From positions 4,480,001 to 4,544,000 of the forward strand of contig OZ250150.1 of NCBI GenBank assembly GCA_965237675.1: 64,000 nt of DNA, written 5' to 3'. Below the pieces are notes generated by a model that was given only the letters and a program-made list of their open reading frames with translations, searched no databases and was not told the DNA's origin. Below, in pieces: positions 20,300-30,573 of this stretch (its first letter is position 1; the number at the start of each line of letters is the position of its first letter). The DNA comes from Candidatus Latescibacterota bacterium. GTDB taxonomy: Bacteria > Latescibacterota > UBA2968 > GCA-2709665. The translations under genes and the position numbers were made by a program.

Positions 20300-21543
20300 T
20301 ATTCTGCTCCCCCCAGGTTTTGCCTGGCCTTTACCGTTACCGACACGAAACTGTCCGAAATATCGAATTCAGGTTCCGGATGTCCCGCGGCCGCCAACTG
20401 CCGTTTGGCTATTGGTATTCCTACGCCAAAACGCTGGACATATCCCAGTATTTTCATGGATTCCGCCAAGTTGGGGTTGCGGTAATCGACCAATCCCGGT
20501 TCCCCAAAATTCTCGATTGTCACCGCCCCAAATGCGCCGCCGGGGCTCAAAACCTCAATCCGGTCATTGAACCAATAGACATGAACGGGCGCATTGGTTG
20601 CCTCGTAAGCCCTGTGCATCACTGCGTTACGGGTGATCTGGTTTAACGCTTCCACGGGGTACAGCTCGGTTCGTTGTTCAATGTAGCTCGTTGTGATATC
20701 CACAGCGATTCGATTATGGGCCGTCAGTTTTTCTTCGAGACGGTGAAGAAGATCGGGAATGGCACCGCGTATCTCTTTGACATCGATTATCTCATCTGCG
20801 TATTCGTTGCCATTGATTCTGAGGAATTGCACATAAGCGCCTGGCAGGAAATCCTGCGGGTTCTTCCCAATGGCGAGGATCCCCAACACAGTCGCCGTAG
20901 GCTGGTCGGCGGCGACAATTATTTTTGTCGCAGCGAGTTGCTCATACAAGCTGCGATCGTTTGCTGCCAGTACCTCATCCGGAAACGCTGCGGTTAAGTA
21001 TTCGTTCTCAAATTGGGTCAGATTAAGGTCGGATAAGCCAGCTGTCGGGATTGGCTGGAGATCGAAAGGGCGATCCCCGTATCGCCGCTTCTCGTTGAGA
21101 ATCCTTTCATCCTGTGCCGTAGCCGTCCCACGGCGGGTGCCCGTTCGGATGTGGATAGCCCCTTTGTATCGAACCGGCGGCGAATTGGAGGGCTGCACTG
21201 TAATCAGCGCCAATTCCTTTCCCTTCAGCCTGCACTTCTCCACCGTCATCGAGGGCGGAGGCACAATGTTGCCGTCGGTTTTCATATCAGCCAACACCTG
21301 GAGCACCCGATCCGTTACACGGAAATCGTAAATCGTCCTGTCGTCTTTCACGCCCACGAAAACAAGGCTCGGACGTTCGTAGCCGGGCAAGTCATTGGCA
21401 AAAGCGCAAATGGCCTCCCTGATCCTGGTTGTAGCGTCCCCAGACAAAGTCTCCTTGAACTCGACGCGATCAGATTCGCCGGCCGCGATGATACGTACGA
21501 GATCCGCTTCGGTAAGACTTGCCATTGTGATTGTCCCGTCCAA
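20299..21543 (-). CDS. Schlafen/AlbA_2 domain protein with RecG-C-terminal (HATPase-like) domain
   Basis: GESDRVEFK, ICAFAND, VFVGVKDD (AlbA_2); NAVMHRAY, DRIEVLSPGG, YRNPNLA, QRFGVGI. Confidence 0.85.
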   Translation of the reverse strand: MDGTITMASLTEADLVRIIAAGESDRVEFKETLSGDATTRIREAICAFANDLPGYERPSLVFVGVKDDRTIYDFRVTDRVLQVLADMKTDGNIVPPPSMTVEKCRLKGKELALITVQPSNSPPVRYKGAIHIRTGTRRGTATAQDERILNEKRRYGDRPFDLQPIPTAGLSDLNLTQFENEYLTAAFPDEVLAANDRSLYEQLAATKIIVAADQPTATVLGILAIGKNPQDFLPGAYVQFLRINGNEYADEIIDVKEIRGAIPDLLHRLEEKLTAHNRIAVDITTSYIEQRTELYPVEALNQITRNAVMHRAYEATNAPVHVYWFNDRIEVLSPGGAFGAVTIENFGEPGLVDYRNPNLAESMKILGYVQRFGVGIPIAKRQLAAAGHPEPEFDISDSFVSVTVKARQNLGGAE

Positions 21544-21555
21544 ATTATCACGTTG

Positions 21556-24500
21556 TCAGCTTACACGTTCAAAGATAACAAGCCAGGTTACCAACTCAAA
21601 ATCGCTGTTGCCAAGGTTCGCGGATTGAACTGGAAGCCTGGCATCCCGTCTACCCTGAATACCCAGTTGCCGAATTTGCGTCGACTTATTCGCTCTGCAA
21701 ACATGGGCAATCATCGCGTTCAGCAATTTATCGAAACGCGCCATGTCGCGGCCATTTTGGGTCTCACGGTCAAACTGATCACACAATCCTTGAATGGGCT
21801 CGGTCTCTCCTATGGCCACCGACTCAAACAACTCGAGCACCTGTCGCGCGTTTGCGCAACCGTACCGAATTTCTCCGGTGTTGCGGATGTACGCTAGGTA
21901 ATATGGATGAATCGGACTCGCCATTTTTTCCCGTCTGTCTTGTGACACGTCACGTCGCCGAAGGAAAAATACTACTCCTGGCGCTGCGGGATTGGCTCCA
22001 CCGTGGGTTACTGCATACGCACCATTGGGCGTTGCTTCCAATTCCGCCTTATTTTTTTCGAGATAGCGCAATAACTGAGCGAAGAAATAATCCAGCGTAA
22101 AATCACTTATTACGACGCCATCCGTGACTTCGTCCAGATCGAGGACTTCCTCGCGAAGTTGCTGAAGTTGCCTATCGCGAAAATTCAGTTCTCTCTGGAC
22201 CCCGCCATATGTTTCTTCGTCCAAGGGATCATCGGTCCCGCTTGCGGCCGCGTCCGCGAGTGCCATGCGAGCCTGCACACGGCTTTGCAGGCGCAGGTAG
22301 ACTTCCATATCGTCTGTAGGCCAGTAATTGATCATCCTCACTGCCTTGCTGCGGCTTCCGATTCTGTCGATTCGCCCGAAGCGCTGAATTATTCGTATTG
22401 GATTCCAGTGGATATCGTAGTTCAGGACGGTATCGCAATCCTGTAGGTTCTGACCCTCCGAGATGCAGTCGGTCGCAATCAGCAAGTCAATTTCCCCGTT
22501 GGCGGTGCCAGTACGCCCACGCGCGCGGGGCGAGAAGTTGGTGAGAATGGCGTTGAAGTTGTTGGCGCCGAACTTCGTATACGTCACGTCGCCGGCGACC
22601 AGAGCCATATTCAGCCCCAATCCTTCCACCAAGTTCCCAAAGTTTTCGTAGAGGTATACCGCTGTATCTTTGAAGGTCGTGAATATCAGAATTTTGCGAC
22701 AGACCTTGCCGTCCTTGTCGGTCGTTGGACTCTTCGCCCTGCTTCGAATGTGTTCCTTGATTTTTCTCAGCTTTCCGTCCCGCTCCGGTGAGATCCCCCT
22801 GACTTTCTGCCATGCCGAAGCAAGTGTTTCCCTATCTTTTAGTAGATCATCCCTCCAGCGTGGCAAGTCGAGTTCCCGGAGGTGAAAGGGATTGCGTGCT
22901 CGGTTGACTAGGAATTCCTCATCATCTTCGTCATCATCCGGAAGGATACCGGCTTGAGTTGGCACCGCGGGCCGGGTTTCCAAGTAACTGTCGATTTTTT
23001 CCACCAATTCGTCAATCTTCCCAACAGTCCGACCCAGCGTTTCGGAGAGTGAATGGGCGGAACTTTCCAGGCGCTTGAGAAAATTTGTCCGAATCATGCC
23101 GATGAGAAAGCGCTCACGGTCCTCCTGGTTGAATCTCAGAGTCCGTTTTTCATCCGCCAATCGTCGTTTTGCCTCTTCACTTGTAACGTATCTGGAAGGC
23201 CTGTAGACAGAAAGGGCGAATGATTCTATTTGTTCAACTAGACTGTGATAGGAGAGTCTGCCTGTCAGGTCGGTCCGCGGATGATGGTTCTCGGGTCTCA
23301 ACTGTTTCGGAAACTCGCCGATTCGATCCATTTCGTCAGCGTAAAATGCCTTGATCTGGCGTCGGGACCGGGCAATCGAAATTCCGCCTAGCAATCCGAA
23401 AAAATCTGCGCCTAGTTGTTCCAATAGCTTCGATTTGTCCTTCTTGCCGGTCAGCGCAGTCGTGTTCTCCCACGACCTAAATTCCCTTTGGGCTTGTTTC
23501 AGCAGCACATCAATATTGCCGATCCCCAAACTCTCGCGAAAAACATCCTGGCGTCCTTCAGTCATCAAGTAAATTTGATTGCGAAGGTCTATTAGTGACG
23601 TGTTAACGGGCGTCGCCGAGAGCATTAGCACCTTTGTCTGTGTACCCTCCTTTATCACCTCGTCCAGCAAACGGGAATAGCGACTGTGTCGGATATTGCC
23701 GTCTTCATCTCTACGGGACGTTGAGTCATTCCTGAAATTATGGGACTCGTCTATGACCACCATATCAAAATTGCGCCAACTGAAGTTTGCTAGATCGATT
23801 TGTCCTGATCTTCCGCCATTTCGGGTCAGATCTGTATGCGAGAGCAACGTGTATCCGAAGCGGTCATCGTCGAAGGGATTGTTCTCATGTGCGTTATAGG
23901 CCGGATACAAAGCCCAATTATCGTGCAGCTTTTTAGGGCACAATACCAGCACACGCTCATTTCTCAACTCGAAATATTTGATAACAGCAAGCGCTGTATA
24001 TGTCTTACCCAAACCCACGCTATCAGCCAAAATGCAACCGTTGTGTCTAAGCAGGCGTGTAATGACGCTCTTTACGCCGTCCTTCTGGAAGTTGTACAAC
24101 GTATTCCAGATGGCAGTATCATACAGGTGCGTGTCTTCAAACCTACGGTCTCTTGCTTCCCTTGCATCTATTTCGTCCTGGAACAGCTGATAGAGCGTCT
24201 TGTAATACACAATTTCCGGTGCATGGTCCTTGCCGATCCTGTTGAGAGCGGCGAGGACCTCCTTTTTTACATTTCGGGTGAGTTCCTTGTTTGTCCAGAG
24301 TTCGTCAAACCAGGCACGCAATTCGGCACGAATAGCCGAATCGGCGGTTGAGAGATTGATTTCGACGTTTGCCCCCTGGTCGCAGCCAAGTCCCCTTTTG
24401 GTAAAGTTGGAACTCCCGACCACCGCCGCTCCCCCACTGAACGATTCGGTGAGATGCATTTTCCCGTGAAGAAAATTGGACTTGCCGATGGAGCGAACGC

Positions 24501-24840
24501 TCACACCCCTTCTCCGCACCCATTCCTCGCACCTCCGCGCCAGGTGTTTTTGCTGCAGAACGTGATGTGGCGAGAGTCCGTCTTCCGTCAGGTCGAAGGA
24601 TTTCGGCTCTTTCTCACCCGGGTCCAATTCGCCCACGGACGCAGGATTGCCAAAAAGAAAGCGGACGTTCTTTACGCCCCACAATTCGGACTCCAAAGCC
24701 TCGTATCCGTAAATCGTGAAATACGCCGAAACGAGGCGGTACACGTCGGCATCGGATAGGTGCCTTCGCAGAAAATCGGCAACGCTGCGGTGCCGATTGT
24801 CCAGGATATGCTCGTACGTGGAGAATTCAGTTGTTTTCAT
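21556..24840 (-). CDS. PLD-nuclease-domain SNF2-family helicase
   Basis: HKD-like FLHGKMHL...GSSNFT; ADSVGLGKT, IDESHNFRN, LSATP, TDCISEGQNLQ and QRFGRIDR helicase motifs. Confidence 0.9.
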   Translation of the reverse strand: MKTTEFSTYEHILDNRHRSVADFLRRHLSDADVYRLVSAYFTIYGYEALESELWGVKNVRFLFGNPASVGELDPGEKEPKSFDLTEDGLSPHHVLQQKHLARRCEEWVRRRGVSVRSIGKSNFLHGKMHLTESFSGGAAVVGSSNFTKRGLGCDQGANVEINLSTADSAIRAELRAWFDELWTNKELTRNVKKEVLAALNRIGKDHAPEIVYYKTLYQLFQDEIDAREARDRRFEDTHLYDTAIWNTLYNFQKDGVKSVITRLLRHNGCILADSVGLGKTYTALAVIKYFELRNERVLVLCPKKLHDNWALYPAYNAHENNPFDDDRFGYTLLSHTDLTRNGGRSGQIDLANFSWRNFDMVVIDESHNFRNDSTSRRDEDGNIRHSRYSRLLDEVIKEGTQTKVLMLSATPVNTSLIDLRNQIYLMTEGRQDVFRESLGIGNIDVLLKQAQREFRSWENTTALTGKKDKSKLLEQLGADFFGLLGGISIARSRRQIKAFYADEMDRIGEFPKQLRPENHHPRTDLTGRLSYHSLVEQIESFALSVYRPSRYVTSEEAKRRLADEKRTLRFNQEDRERFLIGMIRTNFLKRLESSAHSLSETLGRTVGKIDELVEKIDSYLETRPAVPTQAGILPDDDEDDEEFLVNRARNPFHLRELDLPRWRDDLLKDRETLASAWQKVRGISPERDGKLRKIKEHIRSRAKSPTTDKDGKVCRKILIFTTFKDTAVYLYENFGNLVEGLGLNMALVAGDVTYTKFGANNFNAILTNFSPRARGRTGTANGEIDLLIATDCISEGQNLQDCDTVLNYDIHWNPIRIIQRFGRIDRIGSRSKAVRMINYWPTDDMEVYLRLQSRVQARMALADAAASGTDDPLDEETYGGVQRELNFRDRQLQQLREEVLDLDEVTDGVVISDFTLDYFFAQLLRYLEKNKAELEATPNGAYAVTHGGANPAAPGVVFFLRRRDVSQDRREKMASPIHPYYLAYIRNTGEIRYGCANARQVLELFESVAIGETEPIQGLCDQFDRETQNGRDMARFDKLLNAMIAHVCRANKSTQIRQLGIQGRRDARLPVQSANLGNSDFELVTWLVIFERVS

Positions 24841-24944
24841 ACCGGTTGTCTACCTGCCAGGATATGTGTTCGCACGTCATACGCCGGGCGTATATTACGG
24901 CACTCATTGACCACAAACTGCATGTTTACCGGAAAGGACGCGCC

Positions 24945-25322
24945 ATGAAAAAACGACCGTTCACCAGTTCCAGGGGGAACATCCCCAAATTCCCTTACTC
25001 ACAGGCCATCATATACGGCGACCTCATTTTCATCTCAGCACAACCGCCCGTGGATCCGGAAACGGGAAACCCGGAATCCGGAGACGTTAAGGCCCAGACC
25101 CGCTGTATCCTCACCAACGTATCCGGCATTCTCGAAGACGCGGGTACCACACTGGAGAACGTCCTCAAAGTCACCGTCTTTCTCAAAGACCGATCGCTAT
25201 TTGCAGACTTCAACGACGCCTATGCGAAATTCTTCAAAGAAAACCCGCCGGCGCGTTCACCGGTGTTTACCGACACGGGCGACCATCTTGTGACCATGGA
25301 TTTTGTCGCCGGAATGGACTGA
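24945..25322 (+). CDS. RidA/YjgF family protein
   Basis: PYSQAI, KVTVFL, FNDAYAKFF..NPPARS. Confidence 0.9.
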   Translation: MKKRPFTSSRGNIPKFPYSQAIIYGDLIFISAQPPVDPETGNPESGDVKAQTRCILTNVSGILEDAGTTLENVLKVTVFLKDRSLFADFNDAYAKFFKENPPARSPVFTDTGDHLVTMDFVAGMD

Positions 25323-25349
25323 GCTTCGGAAAGGCGCCGGGCTCAGGGG

Positions 25350-26369
25350 TCATTCATCATCATCCTGTTTCCCATGCCTTTTTACAGCCAGGCGTGCGCC
25401 CAGCCGCAGGGTGCTGAGCATATTGGCCTCATCCGCCACACCCTTGCCGGCGATATCGAACGCCGTACCGTGGTCCACGGACACCCGGACGATGGGCAGG
25501 CCCAGCGTCACATTCACGGCATCGTGGAACGCCACCAGCTTGACGGGTGCGTGGCCCTGGTCGTGATACATCGCCACCACACCGTCGAAAACGCCATTGT
25601 ATGCCTTGAGAAAAACCGTATCCGCGGGCAACGGCCCGGCAACCCGCATTCCCTCGGCATTCGCCGTCTGTATTGCGGGGTGGATCAATTCCATGTCTTC
25701 TCTCCCCAGGATTCCCGCCTCTCCGGCATGCGGATTCAGCCCGCATACGGCAATGCGGGGATGGGGCCGTTCCATGTCCGTCAGCGCGCCGTGCAGCAGT
25801 CTGATTGTGCCGAGAACGCCCGCTTCCGTCAACCGCTCCGGGACCTTGGCCAGCGCCACGTGTCCCGTGACATGAGCCACGTTCAAGCGTTCGGACGCCA
25901 GCATCAACCGGACATCCGAAACGCCAAGACGCTCCGCCAGCAGTTCCGTATGACCGGCATACCGGAACCCGGCCCGGTTCATCGCTTCCTTATTCAGCGG
26001 CGCCGTCACAATGGCATGGATCCGGCCCTCGGTCGCCAGGTCCGCTGCTCGAACCACCCATTCCACGGCCGCCCGACCTGCCTCAGGGCAGATCCGCCCG
26101 GTCTCAACCTGCGCGTGATCCACTTCAACCGGCGCCCAGACATCAATTTGACCGGGCCGGTATTGGCCCAGTTCCGGCCCGTCCACCCTTCGAACGTCGA
26201 TCCGACACCTCGAATGCACAAGGTTTGCAGCGAGGATATCCATGTCGCCGACGACGAGCGGCCGGCAGAAGGCATAGACCTCGGGGTGGCTCAACGCCTT
26301 TACAATCACCTCCGGCCCGATGCCGGAGACATCTCCCATTGTGATCCCCAGCAATGGACGCGGTGTCAT
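25350..26369 (-). CDS. pdxA: PdxA-family 4-phospho-sugar-acid dehydrogenase
   Basis: ITMGDVSGIGPE, TAPLNK, GHTE, GLNPHAGE, MYHDQG and SVDHGTAFDIAG; may be the catabolic PdxA2 type. Confidence 0.9.
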   Translation of the reverse strand: MTPRPLLGITMGDVSGIGPEVIVKALSHPEVYAFCRPLVVGDMDILAANLVHSRCRIDVRRVDGPELGQYRPGQIDVWAPVEVDHAQVETGRICPEAGRAAVEWVVRAADLATEGRIHAIVTAPLNKEAMNRAGFRYAGHTELLAERLGVSDVRLMLASERLNVAHVTGHVALAKVPERLTEAGVLGTIRLLHGALTDMERPHPRIAVCGLNPHAGEAGILGREDMELIHPAIQTANAEGMRVAGPLPADTVFLKAYNGVFDGVVAMYHDQGHAPVKLVAFHDAVNVTLGLPIVRVSVDHGTAFDIAGKGVADEANMLSTLRLGARLAVKRHGKQDDDE

Positions 26370-26400
26370 CGTATCACCCTCATTCAAACCGCAGCGGCAC

Positions 26401-27264
26401 TTAACCTTTTTCAGGTCCGGACGTTGCATACACCTGCCCTGGACGGCCGCTGTAGGGTTCCCTGCCGAGGTACATCCGTGTAAATCCGCGCTGCATCGAA
26501 AACCCGAATTCTTCGGCCAGCGCCGTCCCGTCCGGATTTACCAGCGGAACGTCAAAGAAAACCGGTTCGCCCGCCAGCCGGTCCAGCGCCCAGCAGAACA
26601 GCGCCCTGCCCGCACGCTCGTGGGCCGCCACCAGAGGTCCGATCTGAAAAGCGCCGCTTCCGGGTCTGACCATCACGTAACCCTCGATCGCGCTGCCCTC
26701 CTGCGGGAAGACACCGGACAAGCCCCCTGAATCCCGGTACAGAAACCTCAAAAGATCCCCACGGCAAACGCCATAGCAGGGCGTATCGAAGGCAATCACG
26801 TCTGCCAGATCCGTGTCGCGCATCGCCCGCACCGACGTCCACCGGCACGCCTGCCCGACCCCTTCTCTCCGCTGCAACCCGTACTCATCCCGGAATCCGA
26901 GCGGCACGTAGACCTGGCGGCCCATCGGCGTTGCGTCCAACTTGATCGTATCCACTCGACTGGCCTGCAGGTGGGCAATCCCGTGCCTCAACATCGCCGT
27001 GCCGATTCCCTGACGCCGTCGCGTCGGCGGTACCAGCACCATCGCGACCCAGCCGCAGACCCCGCCGAACGTTACGGTCACCACCGTACCCACGGGTTCG
27101 TTTCCTATGTCGGCGACAAAACAGCCGTCGGGCGAGAGCGCCAGGAAGCGCTGCCAGTCCGGTTCGACCTGATTCCAGCCGGCCAGTGTCTTGAACCGCA
27201 TCCCTGTTGCGACATCCGGCGGCGTCATCGGCCGTATGTGAAGGCTTTCCTCGATATCGGACAC
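26401..27264 (-). CDS. Tandem GNAT acetyltransferase (YitH-like)
   Basis: GWNQ, RRQGIG, LDATPMG..VY..LGF and QIGPLVA motifs; GTG start with strong SD. Confidence 0.85.
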   Translation of the reverse strand: MSDIEESLHIRPMTPPDVATGMRFKTLAGWNQVEPDWQRFLALSPDGCFVADIGNEPVGTVVTVTFGGVCGWVAMVLVPPTRRRQGIGTAMLRHGIAHLQASRVDTIKLDATPMGRQVYVPLGFRDEYGLQRREGVGQACRWTSVRAMRDTDLADVIAFDTPCYGVCRGDLLRFLYRDSGGLSGVFPQEGSAIEGYVMVRPGSGAFQIGPLVAAHERAGRALFCWALDRLAGEPVFFDVPLVNPDGTALAEEFGFSMQRGFTRMYLGREPYSGRPGQVYATSGPEKG

Positions 27265-27480
27265 CCCCCCTCCGACGGGCCGCACCCACGCCGGTCCAAT
27301 GGTGGCAAACGGCAACGAAAGTGAGAAAGTCCGGCCATTCACCCGTTGACACGGCAGCCCATACACATCATATTATCGCCACTTTTGGCCCTGCGCGCAA
27401 CAGCCAAACGCCGTTTCATGAGGTCTATCGCCCCATCCACCCATCCTCACAACCTCGCGCAGAAGCCCGGATCCGATTCC

Positions 27481-29400
27481 ATGCCACAGACTGTCAGCCG
27501 CCGGTCCATCCTCATCGGCCTTGCGCTTACCGTTATCATCTGCCTCTTCGCGACAGACACCACCTACCGCCTGCGCGCCTCCCGCGTCTCCCTGGGCCAC
27601 CTGCCCATGTCCCTCTGGCTGCCGTTCCTGCTCCTCTTTATCTCCAACCGGGTCCTGCAACACGTACGTCCGCGCTGGTCCCTGAGCGCCCAGGAACTCG
27701 GTCTCGTCCTCTGCATGGGATTCATTGGCGGCGCATTTCCGACGAAAAACATCGCTGGCCGCCTGGTTGCCGTCCTCGCCACGCCCTATTACAAGGCGAC
27801 GCCCGAAAACCGATGGGGTGAGTACGTCACCGAACACCTGCGGTCCTGGTCCGTCCCCGGCAACCACACCGACGCCATCACCCACCTGTGGGAAGGGCTG
27901 CCCAGAGGCCAGTCCGTTCCCTGGGAGGCCTGGCTGGTGCCCCTGTTCTGGTGGTTCACACTGCTCTTCGCGCTCTTTTTTGCCTGCCTCAGCATCGCCG
28001 TGATCCTCCGCAAACAGTGGGTGGAACACGAACGAATCGTCTTTCCCCTGGCCCGGCTGCCACTGATGATGATCTCGGAAACCCGGACGGGCGCCATCCC
28101 GCTCTTCAACAACCGGCGTTTCTGGGCCGGATTCGGGATCGGCATTTTCGTTCTCGCGTGGAACGTACTCCCCCGCTTCTCTCACCGCGTCCCCTACATT
28201 CCTCTCGGACCCACGTATTCGAGCGCCCTCTCCTTCGGCCACGACTTCCCGCCGCTGCAGATCAAATTCAACTTCGTGGTTGCCGCGTTCGGTTATCTCA
28301 CGAACCTGGAGGTGTTGCTATCCGTATGGCTCTTTCATCTGCTATCGCTCTTTGAGATCGGCCTGACCAACCGTCTCGGCATCACCGTCAGCAGCGAATA
28401 CCACGGCGGCGTTCTTCTGCAACAGGCGGGCGGCTTTGTGGCGCTCGTTCTCCTGGGTCTCTATATGGCCCGGTCCCATATTGCCAACGTCGTCCGCAGC
28501 GCCTGGAGGCCGCGTCCGGAACTCGACGATGCGGACGAACTGCTGTCCTATCGCGCCGCCGTAATCGGTCTGATCGTGTCCCTGGTCTATGCCGCGGCGT
28601 GGATGCACGCATTGGGCATCTCCATCCTCGCGGTCACGGTCCAGCTTGGCCTGTTGCTCATCTTCTTTCTGGGCCTGTCCAAGATCGTCGCCGAAACCGG
28701 CCTGGTCTACATCGAAACGCCACAGCGTACCCAGATGCTGACCGCCGCGATACTGAGCACGAAGATACAGACCGCCGATCACGTGGGTTTGGCCCTTGCA
28801 GCCAATGCCGTAGAGAGCCACCGGCAATACATCCTGCCCTCGCTGGTACACGTCGCTCGCATCCACCACAGCTTTCGCTGGAATCGCTTCCGTATGACCG
28901 CGGCACTCTGTGCGGCCTTCGTGGTCGGCTTCGTCGCCTCTATCGCTTACACCCTCAACCTCTGTTACAGCGCGACCGGCGCGGCCAACATCCGACACGT
29001 CTACGTCTTCGGCGGATATGGCCTCCGAATGTTCGACCGCGTTGTCACATGGGCCGGCGCCGCGCCCACATTCACCGGAACGGAACTCGCCTTTCTGGCC
29101 GCCGGCGCCGCGGCCACGTTTCTACTGGGAATGCTCCGGCTGCGTTTTCCGTGGTGGCCGCTGCACCCTATCGGCTTCACGGTCGGTTATGCGTTCCCTG
29201 TAAGGGTCACCGCCTTCACCGTCTTTCTCGTGTGGGCCTTCAAATCCCTTGTGCTTCGGTTCGGCGGCATTGCGCTCTACCGTAGTTTCCAGCCCTTTTT
29301 TATGGGCCTGCTCATCGGCTATACCCTCGGCGTGGGAATCTCGACGCTCACCGATGCGATCTGGTTCCCGGGCGACGGAAAAATGGTGCACACCTGGTGA
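27481..29400 (+). CDS. DUF6785/DUF6784 polytopic membrane protein (possible transporter)
   Basis: Many TM helices; RKQWVEHERIVFPL and WWPLHPIG motifs. Confidence 0.75.
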   Translation: MPQTVSRRSILIGLALTVIICLFATDTTYRLRASRVSLGHLPMSLWLPFLLLFISNRVLQHVRPRWSLSAQELGLVLCMGFIGGAFPTKNIAGRLVAVLATPYYKATPENRWGEYVTEHLRSWSVPGNHTDAITHLWEGLPRGQSVPWEAWLVPLFWWFTLLFALFFACLSIAVILRKQWVEHERIVFPLARLPLMMISETRTGAIPLFNNRRFWAGFGIGIFVLAWNVLPRFSHRVPYIPLGPTYSSALSFGHDFPPLQIKFNFVVAAFGYLTNLEVLLSVWLFHLLSLFEIGLTNRLGITVSSEYHGGVLLQQAGGFVALVLLGLYMARSHIANVVRSAWRPRPELDDADELLSYRAAVIGLIVSLVYAAAWMHALGISILAVTVQLGLLLIFFLGLSKIVAETGLVYIETPQRTQMLTAAILSTKIQTADHVGLALAANAVESHRQYILPSLVHVARIHHSFRWNRFRMTAALCAAFVVGFVASIAYTLNLCYSATGAANIRHVYVFGGYGLRMFDRVVTWAGAAPTFTGTELAFLAAGAAATFLLGMLRLRFPWWPLHPIGFTVGYAFPVRVTAFTVFLVWAFKSLVLRFGGIALYRSFQPFFMGLLIGYTLGVGISTLTDAIWFPGDGKMVHTW

Positions 29401-29424
29401 TTCGCACAGCCGGGTTCCGTCTTT

Positions 29425-30447
29425 TCAGCGTGCCTGTCGGGGGGACCGCGTTTCCCCTTCTCCGAACAGGAAGGAAAGCAGGGTGAACCGCTTCCCCGAC
29501 GTCACCTCCGTGACCTCGTGCAGGTGCGAACAGGAGAATACCACCGCGCCGCCGGCTCCGGGTCTGTAGAGGTGGGGGCCGAACTCCGGAAAACGCAGGT
29601 ATCCGCCCGTGTACTGGTCGTTCAGATTCAACGTTAGCGCAAACCGCCTGTGGGCGGTCGACGGGCTCAGATTGTCCCGGTGCGCGTGAAAAAATCCTCC
29701 GGAATCGGCGTCGTAGCAGGCTATTTTGAACCCTTCAAATCGCGTGGCCCTGTACGCGAACGACCGCTGCACCTCCGGCATCACCCGGCGCCCGATGGTG
29801 GAGGACAGCAACCTGACCAGTTTGTCATCCCGTACAGTATGGTCCCTGCGGCGCTTCTGTTCCACATTGATCTGCTCTCCCCGACCCGAACCCCGAGTCT
29901 GTTCCACGCCGGTCTCCACGTTGCCTCTGTCTTCCCATACACGCATCAGAAAATAGCAGATCTCGGGATCCAGGACATTGGGAATCAACAGCACCGGCGC
30001 CTGAGTGTCAACCACCCTGGGTTCCGTATCAGCGTGGCTTGAATCCAGCGCGTTTCGCACCTTTCGCGCGGCATTCCGGGCGTCATCCAGCACAATTGAC
30101 GCGAGCACCCGCAGATTCGGATCCAGCACAAACACAATCGATGCGTCCGGATCCCCTAACCGATAGGCGGACCGGACCACGCTTTTCGCATCCACGAAAA
30201 CCGGATGGGGCCACCGCGGCGTCTGCGCCGGTTCGGAGGCCATCACTGCCAGGATGTTCACATTCCGACCGTCCAGCGCGGCCGAAATGCTCGCCATGCG
30301 TTCGTCGCAGGCGCCCGAAAATATAAGTACCGTGGGGATGCCGCCGGCCTTCGAATAAAACCGGGTCGGCGTGCCGTCCGGCGCCAGGGGCAGCACGAAG
30401 TCCGTGGCTCGTTCGCCTCTGCCCAGTCCCTGTGTGTCTGAATTCAT
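29425..30447 (-). CDS. Redoxin-like domain + 2OG-Fe(II) oxygenase fusion
   Basis: GERATDFVLP...FVLDPNLRV, then APVLLIPNVL, HRDN, LNLN..Y.GG.LRFPEFG, HEVTEVT.G.R. Confidence 0.85.
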   Translation of the reverse strand: MNSDTQGLGRGERATDFVLPLAPDGTPTRFYSKAGGIPTVLIFSGACDERMASISAALDGRNVNILAVMASEPAQTPRWPHPVFVDAKSVVRSAYRLGDPDASIVFVLDPNLRVLASIVLDDARNAARKVRNALDSSHADTEPRVVDTQAPVLLIPNVLDPEICYFLMRVWEDRGNVETGVEQTRGSGRGEQINVEQKRRRDHTVRDDKLVRLLSSTIGRRVMPEVQRSFAYRATRFEGFKIACYDADSGGFFHAHRDNLSPSTAHRRFALTLNLNDQYTGGYLRFPEFGPHLYRPGAGGAVVFSCSHLHEVTEVTSGKRFTLLSFLFGEGETRSPRQAR

Positions 30448-30520
30448 CCTGCCACTTTCCGCTGTGATGGGGTTCGGCAATCGTTGAAACCGGCGTGTCC
30501 AATGCCGCGTCCTACCCTAA

Positions 30521-30573
30521 CAGCCCGTTGAAAAAGTCCATCCGGGCTGCGGAGCAACTTTTTCAACGGACTG
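30521..30573. mobile_element. 53-bp non-autonomous IS remnant (MITE-like)
   Basis: IRs CAGCCCGTTGAAAAAGT / CAGTCCGTTGAAAAAGT flanked by direct repeat CTAA (30517-30520, 30574-30577). Confidence 0.75.
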
